Virus record (IMG/VR): IMGVR_UViG_3300012933_000205
Coordinates: 1-39,027 of that record
DNA from: a virus
Lineage: Duplodnaviria; Caudoviricetes
Reading direction: 5' to 3' (one strand)
DNA length: 39,027 nt
The translations under genes and the position numbers were made by a program. Shown one piece after another: positions 7,621 to 15,265 of this stretch (the stretch's first letter is position 1; the number at the start of each line of letters is the position of its first letter). A model generated the notes under the pieces. It saw only the letters and a program-made list of their open reading frames with translations. It was not told the DNA's origin and did not search any database.

Positions 7621-7970
7621 GCTATCTCCACGATAAGTTTACGGGTTGATTTATCGCCAAATTGACGATGTATTTCGATGGGCTGAAAGAACTTGTCATT
7701 CACCATTAAGGCATCTGACAGTCCATCCAACGCACCTTTAGCTGCCGCAAGGCAGTTATCAGCATCACGCATCCGTTTGTCGGGCATGATGAATGTCAGC
7801 TTGAGGCGGATGTCTCCACCGTCATGCTTCCAATCTTTGATTTGGTGTTTGGCAAGCCATGTTGAACCTTCGCGGTAGTCGCTGCGGACTTGGTACAGCT
7901 TGGCCCAATGAGTTCCCTTGGCTCGATTTGGGAATAGCTCGGCAGGAGGAAAATCAAGTTCGATTCTCAT
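7617..7970 (-). CDS. rusA: RusA-like Holliday junction resolvase
   Basis: PDKRMRDADN...KGALDGL...ND catalytic motif. Confidence 0.8.
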   Translation of the reverse strand: MRIELDFPPAELFPNRAKGTHWAKLYQVRSDYREGSTWLAKHQIKDWKHDGGDIRLKLTFIMPDKRMRDADNCLAAAKGALDGLSDALMVNDKFFQPIEIHRQFGDKSTRKLIVEIA

Positions 7971-8188
7971 GCTTCACCTCGAACAACTGGAGCTTCTTCA
8001 ATCACTTTTACTTCCACCTTGTATCGCTTATGAGCAGTCATTGTTTTTGTTCCAATCAAACCATTTTGATGATTGAAATATCTTTTTGATTTTGTCTTCG
8101 TGATTCCAAAGGAACTCATAATCAATCTTTCATGCCCAATTTCGGTGATGTATGAATAAGCGTAACCAGAAATTATTTTGTCTTTCAT
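7967..8188 (-). CDS. Hypothetical protein
   Basis: 73 aa, ATGA overlaps on both sides. Confidence 0.6.
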   Translation of the reverse strand: MKDKIISGYAYSYITEIGHERLIMSSFGITKTKSKRYFNHQNGLIGTKTMTAHKRYKVEVKVIEEAPVVRGEA

Positions 8189-8472
8189 TTCTTTGCTTTC
8201 TTTTGTTGTTCAGTCATGCGCCGCCTCAAATCCAAAGTAGCGGACTCGCCTCTGATTTTTTGCATTGCCGTTAAGTGGTCTTGCCACCAGTTTGCAGCTC
8301 CACTCGCACCAATCGTCCGGGCTTTTTCCTTGTAGCGTTTTATCCACTCTCGGGCTTCGCAATCCCTCATGTGTTCCAACTCCGCTTTGGTTATCCCGCC
8401 TTTGTAGGTGCTTGGGCGTTCCAGTGGTGGCCCAAACAGTCTTGGGGCTTCTTTCTGTTTTTTCGTTGCCAT
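8185..8472 (-). CDS. Hypothetical protein downstream of replication initiator
   Basis: 95 aa, EHMRDCEAREW motif. Confidence 0.7.
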   Translation of the reverse strand: MATKKQKEAPRLFGPPLERPSTYKGGITKAELEHMRDCEAREWIKRYKEKARTIGASGAANWWQDHLTAMQKIRGESATLDLRRRMTEQQKKAKK

Positions 8473-8475
8473 CGG

Positions 8476-9291
8476 TCATACCTTCATCCCCTTTGTCAAT
8501 TCAGCCATCTTTGCCTTGATATCGGCAGGCATTGGAACAGCCTTCTTTCGGTCTTCCGCAATCTTCTTGAGAGCAGCATCTTGATTCGGTGGTGGCGGTG
8601 TAGTGGTGTGCGCTACATCAAACTTGCTTGTCATTGCCTTACGCTCGTCAGGCTTTAGCCATTCAGCCATCAAACCCTGCGAACCGCGCAAACACCAAAC
8701 TCGGAAAAAGTCTTCCAAGGACATTCCAGCTTTACCAGCCTCAGACCTTGCGCCATCAACAGCCGTTTGAGTGACCTTGGCGCTCTTTGCTTTGCGAAGC
8801 GATACCCAATCATCCCAAACCTGTTTATCAACATCTGGTGGACAGGCAACGACAGTTGCCGCAGCCTTGGCTGCTTTCTTTTCCCTTTCCTTTTCCTTTC
8901 CATTCCCTTCCATTCCCACTGGTAGGACTACCGTAGTGGTAACGGAATCATCCAACACTTCACACAAAGCCTTGATTTTGCTTGGGTTTTTCTTGTTGAT
9001 GACTTGGTGCTTGGCAAAGTTGCAGATATGACCATATCGCTTTCCGTCATGGCCTTTATACAGCTCTATGTAACCAATACGGTGAAGCTCATCAATCATT
9101 ACGGTAATTGTGTTGGAAAGCTCCCGTAGTGGAAATATGTCCGACTCTATAAGTTTGGGATGAGCGTTGAAATAACCTTCGTCATCAGCATGGTTGAGCA
9201 ATCCAATCGCCAACAATGCTGCTTCTGGAGTCACGGAGGCCAATGATTCATCGCGCCAAAAGTCTGGCTTGATTGTTCTAATTCGAGCCAT
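8476..9291 (-). CDS. Phage replication initiator / replisome organiser (lambda O analogue)
   Basis: MARIRTIKPDFW...LLNHADDEG N-terminus, charged linker, C-terminal W.DW...RKAK...W.G domain. Confidence 0.75.
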   Translation of the reverse strand: MARIRTIKPDFWRDESLASVTPEAALLAIGLLNHADDEGYFNAHPKLIESDIFPLRELSNTITVMIDELHRIGYIELYKGHDGKRYGHICNFAKHQVINKKNPSKIKALCEVLDDSVTTTVVLPVGMEGNGKEKEREKKAAKAAATVVACPPDVDKQVWDDWVSLRKAKSAKVTQTAVDGARSEAGKAGMSLEDFFRVWCLRGSQGLMAEWLKPDERKAMTSKFDVAHTTTPPPPNQDAALKKIAEDRKKAVPMPADIKAKMAELTKGMKV

Positions 9292-9658
9292 TGTGCTTCT
9301 CCACAAAAAGTCTAGTTAGTTCATCTTTGGTAAATGAACCAAGAACATCACAAAGGCTGTCCATTTCGTAAGAACCCCAATATCCCATCTTTACTATGGC
9401 AATCAACAAATTCGCTTTTGATGCGTCAAGCTCCGAATGCTCATCATGGTGACAATCTGAGCAAAGAGTAATGATTGCGTCTATTTCATAGTCCCACGGG
9501 CCTTCCGCCAAAGGGTGATAAACAGGATGATGAGCATTAAGTGTTTTGCTTGAATTTCCACAAGCTCGGCACTTCCATTCGTCACGGTCAAATACGCGAA
9601 GACGAAGTTGTTGCCAACGAGGGTCTAGCAGCTTTTCAGCATAGGTTTTTTTAGTCAT
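9278..9658 (-). CDS. HNH endonuclease (free-standing)
   Basis: YAEKLLDPRWQ..R...RD...CRACG...HH...LCSDCH. Confidence 0.85.
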   Translation of the reverse strand: MTKKTYAEKLLDPRWQQLRLRVFDRDEWKCRACGNSSKTLNAHHPVYHPLAEGPWDYEIDAIITLCSDCHHDEHSELDASKANLLIAIVKMGYWGSYEMDSLCDVLGSFTKDELTRLFVEKHNGSN

Positions 9659-9674
9659 AACCACTTTTTCAACG

Positions 9675-9770
9675 CCCCTTTGAAAGAAACAATCGGCAGG
9701 AGAAGGGGGAAACTCTTTTCGGTACGCTCATGACTTCGTACCTAGCCGCTGTTTCAAAAACTATATCACA
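9675..9770 (-). promoter_or_regulatory. Extended -10 promoter plus structured 5' leader (three-way junction)
   Basis: TGaTATAGT near 9760-9768 followed by four nested helices (see findings). Confidence 0.55.
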
Positions 9771-10071
9771 CTTCTTTGACGAATATGCCTTCCTCGTTCA
9801 TGTAACCCTTGCGGTCTTTGATTTCGCCGTAGGCAACAGACAAGCATTCAACCAAATCAATATCCAGAAGGGCGCAAATGTTGATGAGGCATACCACGGT
9901 GTCACCTACGCCATCAATCGCCAACGCAAGGTCGTTTGCAACGATTGCATCACGCAATTCTTCCATCTCCTCCATGCCCTTTTTCCATTGGGCGATAGGG
10001 GTGCTGTTCGGAATAATCTTACGAGCTTCCGACCACTGGATGACTTTCATTTCAAGTTCTGAATAACTCAT
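9766..10071 (-). CDS. MazG-like NTP pyrophosphohydrolase
   Basis: KGMEEMEEL...DGVGDTVVCL...AYGEIKDRKG. Confidence 0.85.
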   Translation of the reverse strand: MSYSELEMKVIQWSEARKIIPNSTPIAQWKKGMEEMEELRDAIVANDLALAIDGVGDTVVCLINICALLDIDLVECLSVAYGEIKDRKGYMNEEGIFVKEV

Positions 10072-10247
10072 GCTGCTTCTTTCTGTTTTTCAACCGCGAA
10101 CCATTCGGGTTTGATGTATCGTAATTCATACTCTCGTCCCTTTGGGATGTCTTCACCCCAATGAGATACAGCACCCTTTGTAATGCCGAGAATTTTGGCG
10201 AGTTTGATGGCACTGCCAGCCAACTTGATTGCGTCTTGTTTTTTCAT
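10068..10247 (-). CDS. cro: Cro-like HTH regulator, 59 aa (MKKQDAIKLAGSAIKLAKILGITKGAVSHWGEDIP...)
   Basis: Not in ORF track. Classic Cro HTH LA..LGI...AVS.W...IP..R, first gene of the leftward arm. Confidence 0.85.
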   Translation of the reverse strand: MKKQDAIKLAGSAIKLAKILGITKGAVSHWGEDIPKGREYELRYIKPEWFAVEKQKEAA

Positions 10248-10373
10248 GTGTCGGATTATAGTTGATTTCCCTATACTGGTATAGACCCTTCAACTTAGTC
10301 AGGATTACTTTACTCGACTGTTTAGTTGTGTATACTACGACTGTCCGATAGGGACGACAACACAGGAAACAAC
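10248..10373. promoter_or_regulatory. Divergent promoter/operator region
   Basis: TATAAT on minus strand (10255-10260), TGTGTATACT on plus strand (10327-10336), palindrome CTATAC-tg-GTATAG (10271-10284). Confidence 0.65.
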
Positions 10374-10835
10374 ATGAGAATCACCAAATGGGATAAGCAA
10401 GCAATTGTTAAAGCAATCATGGCCGATGTGCCAAAAATAGACAAAGACAAGCGCCGCAAAGAAATGCAAGAAGCAGTCGTAAAGTTGATGACCCCAGAAT
10501 GCCGTAAGGTGTATAAATCTATGCCTGACGCACTCCGTACTTACCATGTGGGCAATCTGACATACAACGGATTAAGCTACAACACCAGAGAAATTGTACG
10601 AGGGGATGTACCTGAAAAGGCGCTGAAAGCTCTGGAGGCCAAATACGAGGCGGAAGACAGAGTTGTTCGCTATGCGGAATATTCACTCAAAGGCGCTATT
10701 GAGGCGTGTACTACGCTCAAACAGTTGAACGACAGGCTTCCTGAGTTTAAAAAGTATTTCCCAACCGAGCAAAAGCCTGTGGCTAACTTGCCAGCTCTGG
10801 CTAACGTGGTGGCCGACTTGACAAAATTGGGATAG
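10374..10835 (+). CDS. Nmad5-like (nucleotide-modification-associated domain 5) protein
   Basis: MRITK...IVKAIMADVP...TTLKQL...LPEFKKYFP...NLPA, AGGA RBS. Confidence 0.6.
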   Translation: MRITKWDKQAIVKAIMADVPKIDKDKRRKEMQEAVVKLMTPECRKVYKSMPDALRTYHVGNLTYNGLSYNTREIVRGDVPEKALKALEAKYEAEDRVVRYAEYSLKGAIEACTTLKQLNDRLPEFKKYFPTEQKPVANLPALANVVADLTKLG

Positions 10836-10843
10836 CCCAAGAA

Positions 10844-11095
10844 ATGAAAAATTTATCCAGCAGCTTTATTCATTACCTTGATGAATGGTCAACAGAAACA
10901 TACCCTGATGTTCTGGTGAACTATGTGTTCACAGAGGGCGACAAGTCAGTTGGTGAATCAGACGAATTTGAAATCAGCGTCATCCGTGATAAAAAAGACA
11001 TCTGGGATTTGCTCACATCTTCCGAGCAAAACGAGATTGAACAATATTGCGAACTTGACATGAAGCAAATCATCAAAGAATGGAATGAGCCATGA
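10844..11095 (+). CDS. Acidic hypothetical protein
   Basis: 83 aa, overlaps next start. Confidence 0.7.
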   Translation: MKNLSSSFIHYLDEWSTETYPDVLVNYVFTEGDKSVGESDEFEISVIRDKKDIWDLLTSSEQNEIEQYCELDMKQIIKEWNEP

Positions 11096-11283
11096 ATCAA
11101 ACAACTCGTATGTTTCCACGCACTATGGACGAAGCGTTCCCCAATACGGTAGAACACAACGCCATGCTTGAGCGTTCTGTATGGTTTGAGCCACATGAGC
11201 CAAAAGAAATTGGCGCATCATTTTGGGGTTACATGGCACTTTCTTTCTTTGCTGGCTACCTTTTCTTCAAGGTTTGGGGATAA
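11092..11283 (+). CDS. Small protein with C-terminal TM helix
   Basis: TTRMFPRTMDEAFP motif and hydrophobic tail. Confidence 0.7.
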   Translation: MNQTTRMFPRTMDEAFPNTVEHNAMLERSVWFEPHEPKEIGASFWGYMALSFFAGYLFFKVWG

Positions 11284-11284
11284 C

Positions 11285-11491
11285 ATGGATGCCCAAATCG
11301 TAATTGACGCAGCAAAAATTGCATCAGAAAACCACAGCAAAGATGCTAGAGCAAGACTTGCTTTCCAAGTTGGGTATCTTGAGTCATCAATCTATGAGCT
11401 TTGCATCTTGATGGAATCAGCAGAAAAAGTAATGCAAGCGCAAAAAAAACTGATTGAACAAATGGAAAAAGGTCATTCCGCAGACCTGTAA
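11285..11491 (+). CDS. Hypothetical coiled-coil protein
   Basis: Start MDAQIV after GGGGA RBS. Confidence 0.65.
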   Translation: MDAQIVIDAAKIASENHSKDARARLAFQVGYLESSIYELCILMESAEKVMQAQKKLIEQMEKGHSADL

Positions 11492-11517
11492 TTGCGGTTT
11501 TTAAACGAAAGAAGAAA

Positions 11518-12120
11518 ATGGGATTTATTGCAAAAGACAAAGGTAATGCCGACTTCAAACGCATTCCAGTTGGCTCTCATGTTGCTCGTTGCTACCTCTT
11601 GGTGGACATGGGCGAACAATTGTCAGATGGCAAGTTTGGTCAATCTATTCAACACAAAATCCGTTTGGGTTGGGAAGTGTTCGGAGAAGACGACACAGGC
11701 GCACCGCTGACGGTCGAAATCGACGGCGTACAGCGTCAAATGACCATTGGCAAGACTTACACCCTATCCCTCAATGAAAAGGCTGGTCTACGCAAAGATT
11801 TAATTTCTTGGCGCGGTCGTGATTTCACTCCCGAGGAGTTGGAAGGCTTTGACATCACAAACATCCTGAATGTTTACTGTATGTTGAACATCACCACCAG
11901 CGAAAAAGACGGCAAGACGTACACCAACATTTCCGCCATCACTCCGCTTCCATCTTCCATGAAGAACTTGAAGCCACAACCAGACCATGAAGTTGTCATG
12001 TTCAACCTTGACGAACCTGATTGGCAAGTGTTTGAGGCTTTGCCTGAATGGTTGGCCGACACCATCAAGAAGTCCCCACAGTACGCAGAACTGGCCGCAA
12101 TGCCACGCGAAGGGTTCTAA
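11518..12120 (+). CDS. Phage DNA-metabolism protein (NGO0469-like; possible ssDNA-binding protein)
   Basis: G.HVARCY..VD.G...YTLSL.EKA.LRKDL.SWRG...LPEW....IKKS motifs, next to Gp157. Confidence 0.6.
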   Translation: MGFIAKDKGNADFKRIPVGSHVARCYLLVDMGEQLSDGKFGQSIQHKIRLGWEVFGEDDTGAPLTVEIDGVQRQMTIGKTYTLSLNEKAGLRKDLISWRGRDFTPEELEGFDITNILNVYCMLNITTSEKDGKTYTNISAITPLPSSMKNLKPQPDHEVVMFNLDEPDWQVFEALPEWLADTIKKSPQYAELAAMPREGF

Positions 12121-12612
12121 ATGACATCCCTCTATCAACTTAGCCATGAGTTTCGTAATCAGCTTGACGACCTGTTCGACGAGGACGGCGTAGCCAAGCC
12201 TGAGTTTGAGGAGTTCCGTGTTCAGCTTGGCAGCAAGATTACACAAGTTGCGGCCTATGTACTGAACACAGAATCCGAGGCAGAACAAGCCAAGAACGCC
12301 ATCAAGCGTATTAAGGCTCTCCAAACATCAAGGGAAAACAAGGCCAAACGGCTTCGTGAGTACCTTGCTGACAACATGAAAGTCTCAGGCATCACAGAGA
12401 TTAAAGCCGATGATGGCTCTTTTGAAGTGAAGCTGTATGTTGGCCGAGATGAATCGGTTGAGATTGACGAAGGGGCAACCTTTCCACCCGAGCTTTGCAA
12501 TGACCCAAAGCCACCAGAGCCAAGCAAGACCAAGATTAAAAACGCAATCTTGGCTGGCGAAGCTATCGGCGGCGCACAGATTATTCGCAAAGACCGTTTA
12601 ACCATCAAATAG
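12121..12612 (+). CDS. Siphovirus Gp157-family protein
   Basis: SLYQL..., long coiled coil, K..IK.AI..GE.I.GA......L.IK C-terminus. Confidence 0.85.
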   Translation: MTSLYQLSHEFRNQLDDLFDEDGVAKPEFEEFRVQLGSKITQVAAYVLNTESEAEQAKNAIKRIKALQTSRENKAKRLREYLADNMKVSGITEIKADDGSFEVKLYVGRDESVEIDEGATFPPELCNDPKPPEPSKTKIKNAILAGEAIGGAQIIRKDRLTIK

Positions 12613-12620
12613 GACATCAC

Positions 12621-12749
12621 ATGAAAAAACTTATTGCTATCGCTCTCTTGGTCGCCTCTGGCGTAGCCGCTGCCTCTTGCCCTGCTTATGCCCCATACCG
12701 TTGCGTTGTTCTTATGAGCGGCAAGCAAATGTGCGGCTGTGGAGTGTAA
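12621..12749 (+). CDS. Secreted Cys-rich micropeptide, 42 aa (MKKLIAIALLVASGVAAA-SCPAYAPYRCVVLMSGKQMCGCGV)
   Basis: Not in ORF track. AGGA RBS, Sec signal peptide with AxA site, exactly fills the gap between two genes. Confidence 0.7.
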   Translation: MKKLIAIALLVASGVAAASCPAYAPYRCVVLMSGKQMCGCGV

Positions 12750-12751
12750 TC

Positions 12752-12970
12752 ATGGCTACACAGCGCATCTATCTCGTAGGCACTCCAAGCGGTGAAATTC
12801 GTTTGGTCAAAGCAAGTGTTCGCTCACAGGCTTTGTCTCACGTTGCAAACTCTATGCTGACTCTCCGTGTGGCGACACAGGATGATTTGGTTGAAGCAAT
12901 TAGCAAAGGCTGTTCGGTTGAGAACGCAAAATCTCCAGACCAGATGGATTTGCTCGAAGAAACTAAGTAA
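12752..12970 (+). CDS. Small phage hypothetical protein
   Basis: RIY.V...RLVKA...QAL.HVA.....RVATQDDLV motif, GGAG RBS. Confidence 0.75.
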   Translation: MATQRIYLVGTPSGEIRLVKASVRSQALSHVANSMLTLRVATQDDLVEAISKGCSVENAKSPDQMDLLEETK

Positions 12971-12977
12971 GTTTCAC

Positions 12978-13046
12978 GGGGGAAAGCGGATGCTAGTGTC
13001 CGTGATGACGGATTAGTGGACACACCACTGGTGAAGCGAGTACCCC
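12978..13046 (+). ncRNA. Putative structured RNA element
   Basis: GGGG/CCCC closing stem, GAA/AGUA internal loop, two internal hairpins. Confidence 0.45.
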
Positions 13047-13067
13047 ACCTATAAAACAGGATAAGAC

Positions 13068-13364
13068 ATGATGAATTTCGGAACACACATTACCAAACTT
13101 TTTCGTAAAAACGACCCACAAACATCATTTGAAGCAGCAGAAAAAGTAGACACCACAAGCCTAGAAAAAATGGTATATGAAGCCATCAAATCATTTGGAG
13201 ACAACGGATGTATAAGCGACCAAGTGTTAGAACTTTTCCCCACGCTCCCCTATTCAAGCGTAACAGCGAGATACAAAGCACTTCTGGAGAAGGGCTATAT
13301 CAAAATAGAAGGAACGAGAGTTGGCCGTTCAGGTCGTCAGCAGAGGATTATGAAATGCCAATAA
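13068..13364 (+). CDS. Winged-HTH DNA-binding protein (putative)
   Basis: R.NDP.TS.EAA...SSVTARYKAL.EKGYI...G.R...SGR.Q. Confidence 0.65.
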   Translation: MMNFGTHITKLFRKNDPQTSFEAAEKVDTTSLEKMVYEAIKSFGDNGCISDQVLELFPTLPYSSVTARYKALLEKGYIKIEGTRVGRSGRQQRIMKCQ

Positions 13365-13429
13365 CAGACATTCACATTCTCTTTCTCATTGTTGTAGCAG
13401 CCGCTTTTTTTGATTGGATTTTCTGGTGA
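13355..13429 (+). CDS. 24 aa transmembrane micropeptide (MPITDIHILFLIVVAAAFFDWIFW)
   Basis: GAGGA RBS, overlaps both neighbours. Confidence 0.5.
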   Translation: MPITDIHILFLIVVAAAFFDWIFW

Positions 13430-13545
13430 AAGCATTTTTAGACCTTGTAACAAGCGTCATCTTGACGATGCTTTTTCTTTGCAGCGTTGGGCTTATTTGT
13501 AAGCTAATGTGGTTGGCCCTTGTCTTTGGTTGGGAATTGCTATGA
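13426..13545 (+). CDS. 39 aa hydrophobic micropeptide (GTG start)
   Basis: GTGA and ATGA overlaps at the two ends. Confidence 0.55.
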   Translation: MKAFLDLVTSVILTMLFLCSVGLICKLMWLALVFGWELL

Positions 13546-13736
13546 ACATTAACGCATTCCATCCCGCATACGTTCAAACGTATATGCCGCAATTTATGTC
13601 ATCCATCCGAAAGGAAGCAGAGCAAAAAGCAAATGGTCAAAAATTTGGAACATTGTCTCGTTCTAAACAGCCATCATTGGAAAACACTGAATTCCATATT
13701 TATTCAAAGGCCGGTATGCCAAAGGGGAAAAAATGA
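13542..13736 (+). CDS. Hypothetical protein
   Basis: Start MNINAFHP, ATGA overlaps. Confidence 0.6.
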   Translation: MNINAFHPAYVQTYMPQFMSSIRKEAEQKANGQKFGTLSRSKQPSLENTEFHIYSKAGMPKGKK

Positions 13737-13930
13737 GTGACGGAGGAAAAAGTAGCGCACCGCGACCATTTAGTGTCGGCCACGACATATTTGCAAAACA
13801 ATTTGAAGCAATCTTTGGGAAGAAAAATGAAAACAATATTAGCGCCGAATGCACCGTGGCCGAAACAAGAGATGAATGTGCAGCCAATCCCAAGGAACAG
13901 ACAGACAAGTTTGAGAAAACCAGCCCCTAA
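13733..13930 (+). CDS. Hypothetical protein (MSDGGK...PRPFSV type)
   Basis: AAGGGG RBS, ATGA overlap. Confidence 0.55.
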   Translation: MSDGGKSSAPRPFSVGHDIFAKQFEAIFGKKNENNISAECTVAETRDECAANPKEQTDKFEKTSP

Positions 13931-14066
13931 GTTAAACTTACAGGGTGACTTAGACTTTTTTGCAGAAGCCCGTGACCAAATTAACCAATCGAAACTTGCC
14001 ACGAAATCTAGAGCGCGTGATGTCTCTACGGGGAGATTCAAGGGTAATAACAGGCTATCAGGGTAG
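13827..14066 (+). CDS. Hypothetical basic protein
   Basis: Start MKTILAPNAPWP, overlaps neighbours. Confidence 0.45.
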   Translation: MKTILAPNAPWPKQEMNVQPIPRNRQTSLRKPAPKLNLQGDLDFFAEARDQINQSKLATKSRARDVSTGRFKGNNRLSG

Positions 14067-14181
14067 AGAACAGAACCTTGCAAAAGTCACAGAGCAAATT
14101 CTGTGGCGCTGCAAGGTCTGTGACGAATATTTTGACACTCTAGGAGAAGCAAAGGAGCATGGAATTGGAAAACATCATTAA
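14020..14181 (+). CDS. Small protein with C2H2 zinc-finger pattern
   Basis: C-x2-C-x3-F-x8-H-x4-H. Start codon uncertain. Confidence 0.5.
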   Translation: MSLRGDSRVITGYQGREQNLAKVTEQILWRCKVCDEYFDTLGEAKEHGIGKHH

Positions 14182-14240
14182 CTTAGCAGCCTTTTTATTG
14201 GTCGGTTCAGTTGTTTCTGTAATCGTATTCGTTTGCATCT

Positions 14241-14762
14241 TTAAGTTTCTTTCTCGATAGATGTATCAAAGAGCTTGCGTTCAGCAGTACGACGAAGCAC
14301 AAGGCCACGCAGCTCTTTTCCACCCGCCTTTGTCCAGCTCATAAATGCTTCGGATGCGCCATCCCATTCTTCACGGTTAATCTTCATCCGAATAGTAGAC
14401 CGCTGAAAATTCCCCAATCCGACATTGAAGGAAAACGCAACGCAAGCGTCGAAAGCACCTTGACGACCAGCAAGATTGGGAGCAAGTCTAAGAACACCAC
14501 GCTCGAAAGAGCCGATGTCACTTTTAAAAATCTTAACCAATTCATCCTTGCTCCATGTCCTGTTGTCTTCTGGCTTTAAAGGATATTCAGGTCTAAGCAT
14601 ACCCGTATAACCTTCCTTGCGAACAATTGGATATTTGATTTGGTCTTGATAAATCACATGACCCCATCCAATCGTCCACATGGAGGCGCTGCACTGATAG
14701 GGCTTGTCGCGATAGCCCTCAAACTTGTGCATCAGCTCAATACCCTTATCGCTGGTAATCAT
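14241..14762 (-). CDS. Endolysin, GH24 (T4-like) lysozyme
   Basis: FEG...Y.C.....TIGWGH (E-x8-C-x5-T triad), FNVG, GLVLRR.AE. Confidence 0.92.
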   Translation of the reverse strand: MITSDKGIELMHKFEGYRDKPYQCSASMWTIGWGHVIYQDQIKYPIVRKEGYTGMLRPEYPLKPEDNRTWSKDELVKIFKSDIGSFERGVLRLAPNLAGRQGAFDACVAFSFNVGLGNFQRSTIRMKINREEWDGASEAFMSWTKAGGKELRGLVLRRTAERKLFDTSIEKET

Positions 14763-15265
14763 TTCTTGGAGTTTCCGCGAGAGCCAAACCAATAGCCAAT
14801 GATGCCGCCAAGCATTGCCATTTCATCATCGCTAAAAATCTCATTGCCAATTCGAATGAGGTCGTCAACGCTCTTAATCATGTCTGGATGACACCATACA
14901 TAGTAACCAAGGCCAGCATTGATGAAAACAAGCTCTAGGACAAACAAATAAGTGACGATGGGGCGAACAGTGCCAACAAAGGTAGATACCCACGGCGCAG
15001 CTTTTTCCAGAATTTTTACTTCATGCTGGTAAGCGGCTTGAGTCATTGCTGCATCAGCCTGAATTGAAACTTGGTCTGTGCGTAGTTCTTCGACCTTTGC
15101 TTGAGCCGTAAAACCAGCAGAAGCTAAAGCAAGTTCACGCTCTGTTTGGATGCGAGCAAGTTCTGCTTCATGCTTTTGGTCGCTCTTGCTTTGAAATAAG
15201 TCAATCAGCTTTGGGAACATGGACAGCAATAAGCCGCCAAGGGTTGAGAATAAAGATAGCATCAT
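14759..15265 (-). CDS. Holin-like membrane protein (3TM/GTA-holin type)
   Basis: N-terminal hydrophobic helix, VRP..TY, IIGYWFGSR, adjacent to endolysin. Confidence 0.65.
   Translation of the reverse strand: MMLSLFSTLGGLLLSMFPKLIDLFQSKSDQKHEAELARIQTERELALASAGFTAQAKVEELRTDQVSIQADAAMTQAAYQHEVKILEKAAPWVSTFVGTVRPIVTYLFVLELVFINAGLGYYVWCHPDMIKSVDDLIRIGNEIFSDDEMAMLGGIIGYWFGSRGNSKK

Noticed and set aside
12971-13067. tRNA gene
   Set aside because: Multi-stem, but lacks the T-loop GTTCRA, D-loop and 7-bp acceptor-stem geometry.
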